The translations under genes and the position numbers were made by a program. From assembly GCF_009914755.1 (NCBI RefSeq), contig NC_060930.1: 64,000 nucleotides of DNA. One strand, 5' to 3'. This stretch comes from the human T2T-CHM13v2.0 reference genome, Homo sapiens. The notes beneath the pieces are model-generated. The model saw only the letters and a list, made by a program, of their open reading frames with translations. It was not told where the DNA came from and did no database searches. This document shows, one piece after another, positions 18,505-33,254 of the stretch (its first letter is position 1; each line of letters begins with the position of its first letter).

Positions 18505-19811
18505 ATATTTTCAGTCCTCATAATCTGTACAAAGCTATGAGGCAACCAGTAGGCCATATCTCACTAGGCAGACTTTGAGGAAGATGTTTTCCATTTGAAA
18601 CACAAGGAATTATTTATGAAAATATGGAGATGAAGAGGGAGCAGTTCTGTGCTTCTTGCTGTATTACCTTTATTATATTCCTAATGTTACCGAGACTAGT
18701 TTAAAAACAGCCTTCAACAAGAATATTCTCATCACCAGCCACCTTTTCCACCTTTCTTCTTTTTCTGTTGCTGTTTCTTTTTTGTTGCTGGAGCCCCTGC
18801 AGGTCTCTGGTGTCTTGGGGGTATGATGTTACTTGTAGAGGCAGATAGTGTCGCTGCACTGCCAGGTCTTGGGGAGGTGGGTGGGCTACTCACAGTTTTT
18901 CTGGCATCCAGTTCAGATGAAGCTCCTGCAGTTGCTCCCTGGGTCCCTTTTCCCATCTGATCCTTCTTTTTACCCTTCTTTCTTCCCTGGTAGAAAGAAC
19001 ATTCTTGCATTGGCAGCCATCTTTCTGGATCTGGGGTAAGTTTTGGGTCATAATTCTTAGGCAATTTTCCCTTCTTTTTCTTTTTCAAATCTCCCTTTCC
19101 TTGTTCCTTTGGTTGACTATCTCTAGTAACTTTTCCACCCTTCCAAATGTACGTAGCACCAGGAGAATTTTCAAGAGCCTCAACATCTACTTTTAGAGAC
19201 ATACTATCTGATGATGGCAAATGTTGACTAAGAGCTGTGCCTTTCTCTGGATCTGCAAGTGAGTAAGCAGAAATAAACTGTGCCAGGGTATGAATATCTT
19301 CTGGATTTTGTTTCCATAGCTGTTCTAGGTCACTAATTGCCTCCTCCCGCCCATATTTGAGCTTGAAGTTTGCAGCTTCTTTTATCAAGGACAAATGAGC
19401 AGGAGATTTGAGCTGATGGTTTTGATACCACCAGATAGCTTGTGTGAAGACATCAGTGGTACTATTAAATCTTCTTCATGGCTACACATGGTCACTAATG
19501 CAGACACCATGCCTGGTTTCTGCTTTAACTCCTCTCTGCTTCTCAATATTAGACATGCTAAGAAATATTCTCTTGAGAAATTTTCAACTGTGCCATGGTC
19601 AGCTTAATTTCAATTGCATTTTCTTGATGCTGATCTGAAAATTCCTGAAGCAGCTCTATTGCTTTTGTGTGCTGCTTTTCACGCAGAGCTGGGCAGCTTG
19701 GGTTAACATAGGTGAGAGATGCTCGGGACTTTGGGAATGTAAACTGGCAGATATTTTGAGGCATTGTTCCGCCTGGTTTGTGTACATAGCAAGTAATGCC
19801 TTGTTAAATTG

Positions 19812-22161
19812 TTTTTTTTTTTTTTTTAAATTTATTTTTTTATTGATAATTCTTGGGTGTTTCTCACAGAGGGGGATTTGGCAGGGTCATGGGACAATAG
19901 TGGAGGGAAGGTCAGCAGATAAACAAGTGAACAAAGGTCTCTGGTTTTCCTAGGCAGAGGACCCTGCGGCCTTCCGCAGTGTTTGTGTCCCTGATTACTT
20001 GAGATTAGGGATTGGTGATGACTCTTAACGAGCATGCTGCCTTCAGGCATCTGTTTAACAAAGCACATCTTGCACCACCCTTAATCCATTTAACCCTGAG
20101 TGGACACAGCACATGTTTCAGAGAGCACAGGGTTGGGGGTAAGGTCACAGATCAACAGGATCCCAAGGCAGAAGAATTTTTCTTAGTGCAGAACAAAATG
20201 AAAAGTCTCCCATGTCTACTTCTTTCTACACAGACACGGCAACCATCCGATTTCTCAATCTTTTCCCCACCTTTCCCACCTTTCTATTCCACAAAGCTGC
20301 CATTGTCATCCTGGCCCGTTCTCAATGAGCTGTTGGGCACACCTCCCAGACGGGGTGGTGGCCGGGCAGAGGGGCTCCTCACTTCCCAGTAGGGGTGGCC
20401 GGGCAGAGGCGCCCCTCACCTCCCGGACGAGGCGGCTGGCCGGGCGGGGGGCTGACCCCCCCCTACCTCCCTCCCGGACGAGGCGGCTGGCCGGGCGGGG
20501 GGCTGACCCCCCCACCTCCCTCCCGGACGGGGCGGCTGGCCGGGCAGAGGGGCTCCTCACTTCCCAGTAGGGGCGGCCGGGCAGAGGCGCCCCTCACCTC
20601 CCGGACGAGGCGGCTGGCCGGGCGGGGGGCTGACCCCCCCCACCTCCCTCCCGGACGGGGCGGCTGGCCGGGCGGGGGGCTGACCCCCCCACCTCCCTCC
20701 CGGACGGGGCGGCTGGCCGGGCAGAGGGGCTCCTCACTTCCCAGTAGGGGCGGCCGGGCAGAGGCGCCCCTCACCTCCCGGACGGGGCGGCTGGCCGGGC
20801 AGGGGGGCTGACCCCCCCCACCTCCCTCCCGGACGGGGCGGCTGGCCGGGCGGGGGGCTGACCCCCCCACCTCCCTCCCGGACGGGGCGGCTGGCCGGGT
20901 GGGGGGGCTGACCCCCCCCACCTCCCTCCCGGACGGGGCGGCTGGCCGGGCGGGGGGCTGACCCCCCCACCTCCCTCCCGGACCGGGCGGCTGGCCGGGC
21001 AGAGGGGCTCCTCACTTCCCAGTAGGGGCAGCCGGGCAGAGGCGCCCCTCACCTCCCAGACGGGGCGGCTGGCCGGGCGGAGGGCTGACCCCCCCACCTC
21101 CCTCCCGGACAGGGCGGCTGGCCGGGCGGGGGGCTGACCCCCCCACCTCCCTCCCGGACGGGGCGGCTGGCCGGGCAGAGGGGCTCCTCACTTCCCAGTA
21201 GGGGCGGCCGGGCAGAGGCGCCCCTCACCTCCCAGACGGGGCGGCTGGCCAGGCGGGGGGCTGACCCCCCCACCTCCCTCCCGGACGGGGCGGCTGGCCG
21301 GGCGGGGGGCTGACCCCCCCACCTCCCTCCCGGACGGCACGGCTGGCCAGGCGGGGGGCTGAACCCCCCACCTCCCTCCCAGATGGCATGGCTGGCTGGG
21401 CGGGGGGGCTGACCCCCCACCTCCCTCCTGGACGGGGTGGCTGCCGGGCGGAGACGCTCCTCACTTCCCAGATCGGGTGGCTGCCGGGCGGAGAGGCTCC
21501 TCACTTCTCAGTCGGGGCAGCTGCCGGGCGGAGGGGCTCCTCACTTCTCAGACGGGGTGGTTGCCAGGCAGAGGGTCTCCTCACTTCTCAGATGGGGCGG
21601 CCGGGCAGAGACGCTCCTCACCTCCCAGACGGGGTCTCGGCCGGGCAGAGGCGCTCCTCACGTCCCAGAGGGGGCGGCGGGGCAGAGGCGCTCCCCACAT
21701 CTCAGACGATGGGCGGCCGGGCAGAGACGCTCCTCACTTCCTAGATGTGATGGCGGCCGGGAAGAGGCGCTCCTCACTTCCTAGATGGGATGGCGGCCGG
21801 GCGGAGACGCTCCTCACTTTCCAGACTGGGCAGCCAGGCAGAGGGGCTCCTCACATCCCAGACGATGGGCGGCCAGGCAGAGACACTCCTCACTTCCCAG
21901 ACGGGGTGGCGGCCGGGCAGAGGCTGCAATCTCGGCACTTTGGGAGGCCAAGGCAGGCGGCTGGGAGGTGTAGGTTGTAGTGAGCCGAGATCACGCCACT
22001 GCACTCCAGCCTGGGCACCATTGAGCACTGAGTGAACGAGACTCCGTCTGCAATCCCGGCACCTCGGGAGGCCAAGGCTGGCGGATCACTCGCGGTTAGG
22101 GGCTGGAGACCGCCCGGCCAATACAGCGAAACCCCGTCTCCACCAAAACCAGTCAGGCGTG
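19812..22161 (-). mobile_element. SVA retrotransposon (D-F type), 5'-truncated within the Alu-like domain, no CCCTCT hexamer
   Basis: Poly(T) 19812-19827, SINE-R ~19835-20335, GC-rich VNTR ~20340-21900, partial Alu-like domain to 22161; TSD AAATTG(T)n at 19806 and 22162. Confidence 0.96.
20340..21900. repeat. SVA VNTR (about 35-50 bp GC-rich units)
   Basis: Repeats of 'cctccctcccggacggggcggctggccgggcggggggctgacccccc' and 'agaggggctcctcacttcccagtagggg'. Confidence 0.95.
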
Positions 22162-22167
22162 AAATTG

Positions 22168-22457
22168 TTTTTTTTTTGAGATGGTGTCTCGCTCTGTCAC
22201 CCAGGCTGGAGTGCAGTAGCGTGACCTTGGCTCACCGCAACCTCTGCGTCTCTGGTTCAAGCGATTCTTCTGCCTCAGCCTCCCGAGTAGCTGGGACTAC
22301 AGGCACGCACCATCACGCCCAGCTAATTTTTGTATTTTTAGTAGAGACGGGGTTTTACCGTATTGGCCAGGCTGGTCTCGAACTCCTGACCTTGTGATCT
22401 GCCTGCCTCCGCCTCCCAAAGTGCTGGGATTACAGGCATGAGCCACCGCGCCAGGCC
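22168..22457 (-). mobile_element. AluSg-like element inserted in the SRP72 CDS at IEFNKA
   Basis: TSD AGCTTTGTTAAATT 22458-22471 versus TGCCTTGTTAAATT 19797-19810. Confidence 0.9.
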
Positions 22458-23381
22458 AGCTTTGTTAAATTCTATAGCTTGTAGTTGTTTCTTGGAAAGC
22501 TTAAACTCTACTCTTTCCGCATTGGTTAATTTCACTTTCTTCTTGGAGTCAAAGACATTTTGGTCCTTGTTAATGGTAATGATGTTATTTGCAATTACAT
22601 CTAGTAACCCTACATCCGTTGGTTTTAGTAGTATTATTTGATTGTAAAGTTGCAGAGCCTCCTCTGTTTGACCCTGAAGCTGCAGAATATAGGCCATCTG
22701 ACCATAAGTGATGGCCAGTCCTGCCTGTGGGTCTTCCTCAGTCTCATCAGTGTCTTCTGATAATGATGGTGGCAAAGACCTTCAGCTTTTTGTAGGATGT
22801 TCATGGCCTGGTTCAGCTGGCCGTGGTCTATCAGTGCACATGCAGTGTTGTAGCACAGCTCATGTGTGCCTTCTTGGAAGCCCAGGCTCTCTGGAGCCAC
22901 TTTTTCCCAATTGCTTTGAGCTGCAACAACTGCTGAAGGGTTTGTTTTCCTCTCCTCATCATAAGCATCGTGGGAGTTTCGGACGAGATCTCTTTATGCC
23001 ACTAAGCATTCATCATAGTGTTCCAAATGGTGTAACACTTATCCATAAAGCTCCTTCAGTTTGTCTGTCTGCCGGTTGGTACTTTCTACTGTCTTCAAGA
23101 CATTCTCAATTCTGTTGAGCCTGTACTCGCAATATGCCTTTTCAAAGGAGAGAGAGTTATTGGCTAACAGTTTGGTGCAAGTATTGATGACATTCAAGGC
23201 TTCTCTGAAACTTCCTTTCTGGATAAGGCATATCACTTTACAATGCAGGCCAGTTACATCATCTTTGTGGATCTGCAGTATCTTATTGACAGGCTTGAGA
23301 GCACACAGGAAGTTGCTGTTCTGGCCGTACCGGTTCACTTCACTCCACACAGCACAGGCACTGAAACTCCACCCTGCTGCT

Positions 23382-23651
23382 CACTGTCGCCCAGGCTGGA
23401 GTGCAGTGGCGCAATCTTGGCTCACTGCAACCTTCGCCTCCCGGGTTCAAGTGATTCTCCTTGCCCCAGCTTCCCAAGTAGCTGGGATTACAGGTGCCCA
23501 CCACAACACCCGGCTAATTTTTTTGTTGTTTTTAGTAGAGACAGGGTTTCACTATGTTGGCTAGGCTGGTCTCGAACTCCTGACTTCGTGATCCGCCCGC
23601 CTCGGCCTCCCAAAGTGCTGGGATTGCAGACGTGAGCCACCGCACCCGGCC
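23382..23651 (-). mobile_element. AluSg-like element lacking its 3' terminus and poly(A), fused to the SRP72 5' end
   Basis: Minus strand reads ...CCTGGGCGACAG then TGAGCAGCAGGGTGGAGTTTCAGTGCCTG (degenerate SRP72 N-terminal codons). Confidence 0.88.
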
Positions 23652-23956
23652 TATCATGGAAATTTTAAAACATTGCTAACAGTGGAGACTGGTGTAATAA
23701 AGCACTGTATCTTGCCCAGCTTTGGCAATTTTAAAACGTTACCAGTTTTGTTTGAGCAATACCTCTCACGTCCCTCCACTTGGATTATTTTAAAGCAAAT
23801 CAAGCTGTCATATAATTTTGTCTGTAAATATTTTAGTACATGTCTCCAAAAGAAAAAGACCCCTTAAAATAATTACAATACTATTATCTTACCTTAAAAA
23901 TTTTTTCTTAGTATCATCAGATATCCAATCAATACTCCTTGACTGCAGTATATATT

Positions 23957-24038
23957 TGTGTGTATGTATGTGTGTGTATGGGCGTGTACGTGTGTGTGTG
24001 TGTGTGTTTATATCATATCATATATATATATATATATG
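23957..24038. repeat. Compound (TG)n/(TA)n microsatellite
   Basis: Direct reading. Confidence 0.85.
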
Positions 24039-24415
24039 ATTGTTTGAATTAAGATGCAAATAAGGTCCATACATTGCAGTTGGATGGTTTAAAGTCTCTT
24101 TTAACCTATAGGTTCTCTATCTTTTTTTTTCTTTGCAACTCTTTATTGAAGAAACTGAATTTTATTCTTTGCATCCTTGTAATGTAAAATATGTTATTTT
24201 ATTTCTTGTGTTTCCTGTACATTGGTAGTTCATTGTAGAGGCTAAATCAAAAGAATCCAATTTTATTTTTTTGTGAGGGCAGGATTATTTTCATCAGGAA
24301 GTCTTCTTTCTTTCTTTTTGTGATACTAGCAACCATTCTTGAATGTTAACTTGGTCTATGAGTTCAGGAGGGATTACAATATGGTTACATCCTGTCATTT
24401 AGTTATTAGCTGAAA

Positions 24416-24418
<3 letters not shown>

Positions 24419-24460
<42 letters not shown>
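24419..24460. repeat. (GT)21 microsatellite
   Basis: Direct reading. Confidence 0.95.
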
Positions 24461-24463
<3 letters not shown>

Positions 24464-24959
24464 AATTCTCCTTTGTCAATTATTTGGTTACCTTGAGGTA
24501 TAGAGTGTATAGGAAGGGTTTGAAAAGTGTCTGATTATTTCCCTTGATTTACCAGTTTTCAAAGTTATGATTTGGTCCCCTAGCATCCTCCAGTGGTGAT
24601 GGTTGAGGGTTTTAAATTTTTTCGCATAACATTATGAACGCCTATTTTAGCATATGTGGTGTGTTTCAGTCCATTGCAGTTACTGTCCTTTCGATGCTCA
24701 AATTGCTCCCTCTTTGGGCAGTGTAGGCTTATTTAGGTTGGCACCTGAGTCCTTCTGACATGTCTCTAGTAATCTCATAGCTTCCTTGCTTTACGATATG
24801 ATGAGATGTTTCAGGTTCGTCCTGTATACTTTCTGTTTCAGACATGAAATCAGAGCAGACCATTTTTAAAAGAAAAAAAACCTAAATGTGCAATAAACAA
24901 AATGTTCAGTTTTACTAGTCATTAAATAAATAGAATTCAGAGCTAAAGTAGATACCATT

Positions 24960-25522
24960 TGTTGTGGACTGAGTGTTTGAGTCCCCCTACCCCCGTTCAT
25001 ATGTTGAAGCCCTAAGTCCCAATGTGATAGTATTTGGAAGTGGGGTCTGTAGGAGGTAATTAAGGTTAGATGAGGTCATGAGTGTGGGGCCTTCATATGG
25101 GCTTAGTGTCCTTAGAAGAAGAGACACCAGGAGGCTTGCTTTTTTTCTCCCCATGTGAGCACACAGCAGGATGGCAGCTGCCTACAAGGGAGGAAAAAAA
25201 GCCTGAGAATGAAACCTACCTTGCTGGTACCTTGATCTTAGACTTTTAGCCTCCAGAACTTCGAGAAATAAATTTCTGTTGTGGCCGGGCATGGTGGCTC
25301 ATGCCTGTAGTCCTAGCACTTTGGGAGGCTGAGGTGAGACGATCACTTGAGCACAGGAGTTTGAGACCAGCCTGGGCAACATAGCGAGACTTTGTCTCTA
25401 TTTATTTATTTTTTATTTAAATAATAATAAAAAAACTAAAAACATAAAAGAAACAAAATAAATTTCTGTTGTTTAAGCCACTCAGTTTATGGTTTTATCG
25501 CAGCCTGAGCAGACTTAAGACA
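24960..25522 (+). mobile_element. MLT1A-type LTR interrupted by a FLAM (25283-25455)
   Basis: 'tgttgtggactga...catatgttgaagccctaa...ttagcctccagaact'; perfect FLAM TSD AAATAAATTTCTGTTGT 25266-25282 and 25456-25472. Confidence 0.85.
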
Positions 25523-25564
25523 GCATTTTTCAGTGATTATGTTGGCAATATAATTTAGACACAA

Positions 25565-25867
25565 TTTTTTTATTTTTTTGGAGACAGGGTCTTACTTTGT
25601 CACCCAGGCTGGAGTGCAGTGGTGCGATCATGCTTACTGCAGCCTGGCCTCCCAGGTTCAAGCAATCCTCCTCCCTTAGCCTTCTGAGTAGCTGGGACTA
25701 CGGGCACATATCACCACACCTGGTCAATTAAATTTTTTTTTTTTTTTTTTAGGGATGAAGCCTCACTATGTTGCCCAGGCTGGTCTTGAACTCCTGGGCT
25801 CAAGGGATCCTCCTGCCTTGCCCTCCCGAAGTGTTGGGGTTACAGGTGTGAGCCACCACACCCGGCC
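25565..25867 (-). mobile_element. AluJ
   Basis: J-type motifs; TSD tagac(a/c)caattt. Confidence 0.85.
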
Positions 25868-26596
25868 TAGACCCAATTTAGTCCTTTATGGATTTGAAAT
25901 GATTTGGTAAAGTTTAATATAAAGTATCATGTTATGATGACTTCTGCTGTTCCTTCTCTTGCTGATCTTATTATTTGGGCATCTCCTGGTGTGGAAAGGG
26001 AATGATAAGGATGATGGTAATTCTCGGTGCTGGTGCAGATGAAGGGAGGTATGTCCTCTCAGATAGCCTATGTAGACATTGATGCACTCAGTCCAGATAG
26101 CTGCTGTTAGATATCACAATGCAAAGTGTGCATAGCCTTCTACCCAGAAAATCCACATTTAGTAGGAATTTATTCTGAAGAAATAGTAGGAAATGTTAGA
26201 ACAGATATATGTACATAGTAAAGAATAGGAAATAACCTTAGACAAGGAATTATTTAAATGGATTATATTACCTTCCTTGCATGCAGCCATTGAAAGTGAT
26301 GACATGCATTTATAGCAACCAATCTGGAAAGGTACCCATAATATTGAGTGAAAAAGATAGGTTACATAAACATAGGCACAGCACTTGGAAACATATAGGC
26401 ACAGAAGATGCTGAACAACTAGGCTTTGAAGGCTGAGCCGAGAGGATCTAAGCTCCAGAAACCACCTAATAGATGTTTGTTTAGGTAACCATGGTCTCAA
26501 AGACTGCACCAACTGGTTTAATTCTCCTGTCATAAGATTCAAATTTCCTGGACTGAGCATATGATTGACCGTGAGTAATTTGCCTACCCCTTAGGG

Positions 26597-26598
<2 letters not shown>

Positions 26599-26640
<42 letters not shown>
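26599..26640. repeat. (GT)21 microsatellite
   Basis: Direct reading. Confidence 0.95.
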
Positions 26641-26642
<2 letters not shown>

Positions 26643-26796
26643 TGTTCTCAATTGAGATTTCTATAAAGACCATATAGAATGGGGACGGACTCACAAGGAG
26701 AGTTGAGGTTATTTTAACTAAAGAAAGGGGAAGACATTCCAGGAAGACAAGGAGGTAGATGCTCACTACCTATTTAGCTAAAATTAAATACATCTG

Positions 26797-27083
<287 letters not shown>

Positions 27084-28690
27084 TTAAATACATTATTTGC
27101 TCAGAAACATTAATCACATCTCTATAAAATGACTGCAAACTCTGATAAATAAATGCTTTCTTTTCCTTTTAACCATCTCTTTACCATGGTAGGATCTATA
27201 CCAGTGAGTCAGCTCTACTTGGTTTCTTGCTTTCATAGAATATAATTGGTGAAAATTAAAATTTTGAATTCATGGATTTAAAAATTTATGCCCTTTTTCC
27301 TTTTAAATATGGCTAATTTAGAATCAGTTATTTTTTCTAATGTAAGCAGAAATAACAGTCTCTATACTTATGTGGTGTCAAGGATACTCACCCGTGAGAT
27401 AAAGAGTATTTTAAGAATAGAATTGAAATGTAGTATTTATGGAAAGCTCCAACAGTAATGGTGTGGTAGGTTATAGAGTGTAGGAAGTTATTCTGTAGGT
27501 GTGCAGCAGTGCTGTGCAGAGGATATAGATTTATTTGAACATCTTTCTCACTGTTATTATTTTTAATCAGAAACACAATTAGAGTCAAAATGGATTTGAG
27601 AGAGCTTTGCAAAAGATACACACTATAATGTAAGATACTGATTTCTCACTTTTTAAAAATTAAAGACTCAATTTAGACTGTAATGGATGGGAAAGGATTT
27701 GGAAACATGTTACATGGGGTATTAGGTTATTACCATTATTTCTACTGTTTCTTCCTTTTGTAGTTTTAACATGTATCCCAGTTTGTAATGGGCATATTAG
27801 ATCCCCTGGGATAAAGTGCTTGTAGAGTCTAATCTATTAATGTCTGGTTAAGTCTAAGAATTTGATCCTTTAAGTCAATCATGGTTTATGAAACATTTTT
27901 TAAGATTTTTATGAAAGAAAGCTATGAAGTCTTACAGCTTTTATTTGTATGTTTCAGCTATTGATCCAGCTAGTTACTAGTTGGAACACTACATTCTAAA
28001 GACTCATTCGTATCTGCTTTCCAAAACTGTTGCTCAGCAATTTTGAATTCTACTTAAATGTTATAGAGTGTTGTCACTAGGTTCAGAATTTTTTCATCCT
28101 ACTGGATGTTTCTTTTATTAGTTTCTTGTCAAGGACAAAAGGAAGATTAGTTTAAACTTCTTGAGTCAGTTATACCTCTGATTTGTGTGTGTGAATGTTT
28201 TTCAGTCCCAGTTAGGGAAGTCAAGAGTTTTGTGTAGGAAGCTCTTACAGGACCATGTTGTTCTCCCCTGCAACTGTGCCTTTCCACTATCTTTGGCTAT
28301 TAAGAGTGTGTTTACCTCCATGGGGAAATGCACATCATTGTTACGAACAGCTATGGCAAAATGGTAGTGTCAGAGATCCTCAGACAACAAACCGAGCTGT
28401 TAGTGCCGGGGCAGTTTTAATATTCATGAAAAGTTGATCAGCAGTGATGTTACCATAGGCTGAGAAAATATACAGGATTATCTTTACACGTAATCAGTTT
28501 CTTAAGCTTCAAATGACCCTCTTAGCCACAAAACCGGAGGCACAAATTCAGCTCCAGTGGTTAGAATATCAAGACCTATATCATAAGAAGTTAGGCTTCT
28601 GCTGTGCGCACAAAACCCATCAGCCAAAGCTGACATTTTCGGCAGAGTTACTGTTTAGAGTTGTTAAATAATCAGAGAATTTAACTGTTA

Positions 28691-29690
<1,000 letters not shown>

Positions 29691-30559
29691 AGAGGTTGGG
29701 TCATAGGAGAAGCCCATAAGATGAATGCGGTTGACACTGAGGTCACCTTTTCCAGGCCTTACAAGTGATTTGAGCCTTTACCATTTTTATTCTTGTTATA
29801 TTTTCCCATGAAATGAGAAACTCAGTCTTATGTTTCATATGTAGAAACTACTTTTCTGAGTTAATTTTCTGTTGCCTGAATAATGAAATAAATAATCTAA
29901 TATTTGAAATGTTTGGGGGTAATGCACAATAACTCTTAATAAAAGACAGAAAGCTCACATTTTGCTTATCTTATTCCATTAGTAATTATTTTTAATACTG
30001 GGACAGAAGTGAGAATGAAAGTGGCACGCATTCTGTTTCGTCTTTTTACCCAGCTTTGCCTCTGAGGGACTTGGGAATAAATTAGGTAGTGTAGGATTGG
30101 GATGCTGCCCAGAATCTATCTATTGTAGCTTACTCTAATGCATCAGTTCCCAGCCTTTTTGGATTTATGACATTCTATTTGTGTTTGATTTTGCATCTCC
30201 CTCCTCACAACTTCAATGGCTGTGACAGCCGGGTCTGTGTTATCAGTGGAGAGCAAAGTCCTGATAGGAACTCCACAAATTTTCTCTCTCATTCAGTTTT
30301 ATCTTAATTACATTAACCTTTAATTTTAACTATCACTTTCAGACTTTTTCTGGACCATTAACAAGCTGCTCAATTACATTGCTATATGGAATATGTTTAT
30401 TTAAAGTTTTTGACCAATTAAAATGCCTTGAAAAATTTTGTGATACAGTATAAAAAGTAGTCAATGATAGTGAGAATTGTATTTTATGTGCATTTTTGTG
30501 CAAGAAATTTGATAGAGTAATATTAAGTATCATTTGGTCCCTGCTAGGCTAAAACTGCT

Positions 30560-31036
<477 letters not shown>

Positions 31037-32941
31037 AAAATGCTTTTCTTTAGAGAGAGATATAGAAGCAATAATGTTTATGAGGTGCTTTGGAATCAGC
31101 TTTCTATAAATTTATTGTAAAATAGAGAAGTCTCAAGGTTGACCATATGGTTCAGAAATGGTAGGAGTATTGTTCTTAATTCTGAGAGCCTTGGGATACC
31201 ACATTTTTTCTTCCCTTTCTTAGCTTTGTTTTCTGTGTTTCGCAAATACCTCTTGTCTCCTTGGCTGACTGATGGTCATATAAATGGAATCTCCTTGGCT
31301 GTCCTTCACCCATGTTTAGTTGGTGAAGTTCTTTCTCCCCCACATGACTGAGAAAAATGGCATGTGATTTTACTAATAGGGAATTGATCTGTTACTCTGA
31401 TGTATACAAGACAGCCAAAACTTGATGTATACAAGGAAGCACTATCAGGTGAGTGATACCAGTGATCTATGGAGGTCAGTTTAAGCCAATGACTTCCCCC
31501 TTTTAATTTTCATCACTTATTCATTATTTATTACCAAACCTTTCACTAGATTGTTAATGACTAGCAGAATTGGTTTCGCTCCTTTGGTGTTGAGTGGTAG
31601 AGTGGACCCCAGATGAGATGTCCCAAGAAGGAGGCAGACAGGGGAGGCTGGGCGCATTCACAAATTAGATCACAAAAGAGCCCTGAGAAGTTAAGATTTG
31701 GTTAATTCCTTTCTCTTCATTTTGTGTCCGCCTGGCCTTAAGTACTGTCTGTTACCACATAATATTATTTTGAGAAGCAGATTATTAATATTTTATAGCA
31801 TGGGTTTATCTAATGTTATTGAAAGATTGTTAATCAGCTGGGATGCATACCTTCAGCTACTGAATTTTTAGTTCGGTGGTTTAATACGGTCATACTCTTC
31901 TGTGTGAAAAATATTTTGTTTCTTGGCTTCTGTATTCATGTGTGGAACTTCATTGTCATGTGAGATTTACAAGCTTCTGCCTCTTAATTCTTAATATAAC
32001 TAATATTTTTAATATGATTCTAACTTAGACTTAATATAAACTATTTTTTTATATATAGGGACATTTGAAAGAAGTACACTGTCTCTTCTAATTCTCTGGT
32101 CTCTTTGTACATTTAAAAACACACAGAAACAACAATCAAAAAATTCCTGAGATAGATTGGCTCTAATGTAAACTGCTGAGTTATGAGTAACTGTATTTTA
32201 TTTTAAAAGATGCTTTTTCTTTGGATATGTGAGTCTCTCTAAAAATCCAGGTAAATGGGGCTTCAGGTGGAAAATGACTGCTCGCATGCATTGAAGCTTT
32301 TCCACTTCCCTCTTCTGGTGCTGATTGGCTGGTGCTGAAATTTGAGTCTAGTTTTGACAGTGCAGAGTCTTTGTACTCCTTAGTCTTTTCTCAGGACCCC
32401 CACTTCTGGTTTGACCAGATCACTATTGTAGGCACCAAGTAGCTAAGCTTGACATACTGAGCTCAAAGAGGAAAGGTTTTAGATTCTAGAAGATTTTGGT
32501 TAGGAATAGTCAGATTAAACAGAGGTTAGCTGCATTGAAGCTCCACTTTCTCTAGCAGAACTCTCAGGCTGCAGAGAACCCAGAGGGTTTGGATGGTTGG
32601 GACAAAACATGTAGTTGAAGGAGATTCTGAATGTGAGTTTGGACGGTTTTGAAATGAGTGAAGCGGTTGTAGCAGATAGAGCATCTAGGCCTGTAGCATT
32701 TCATTTTTTTAAGTTTATGGAGTTTACTGTGTTACCTCTTAGGTGTATAAGTATTTTTCATGGTTGGTTGCCTTGTAACTCCATGTTCATGACATATTTT
32801 GATGTGTAAAAGTTTATTCTGTGTAGTCAAACCTATCGATCTTTTTTCCATTGTTTCTACCTTGATTTTTTAGAAAGTCTTTTTCCCATAGAATGTTTTT
32901 TCTTTTTTTTTTTTTCTTGAGCAGATGTTGGGTATTTTTAA

Positions 32942-33254
<313 letters not shown>

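Larger units (their letters stand above)
23652..24852 (-). mobile_element. L1MC-type 3' region; its tail end is at 17838-17862, split off by the pseudogene insertion
   Basis: 'tatcatggaaattttaaaacat...ggattattttaaagcaaatc...aaatattttagta'; TSD-like GAGCAGA(T/C)C at 17829-17837 and 24853-24861. Confidence 0.6.

Noticed and set aside
20306-22075. Repetitive ORFs and an array that superficially resembles repeat-spacer structure
   Set aside because: This is the SVA VNTR: tandem units with no unique spacers in eukaryotic DNA, so it is neither a CRISPR array nor a gene.
18732-23350. SRP72 as a functional gene
   Set aside because: Intronless, lacks the start ATG, has a premature stop (23039-23041) and frameshifts, and is interrupted by Alu and SVA insertions.
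23382-23651. 7SL/SRP RNA gene next to the SRP72 copy
   Set aside because: The sequence is a dimeric Alu with no 7SL S-domain.
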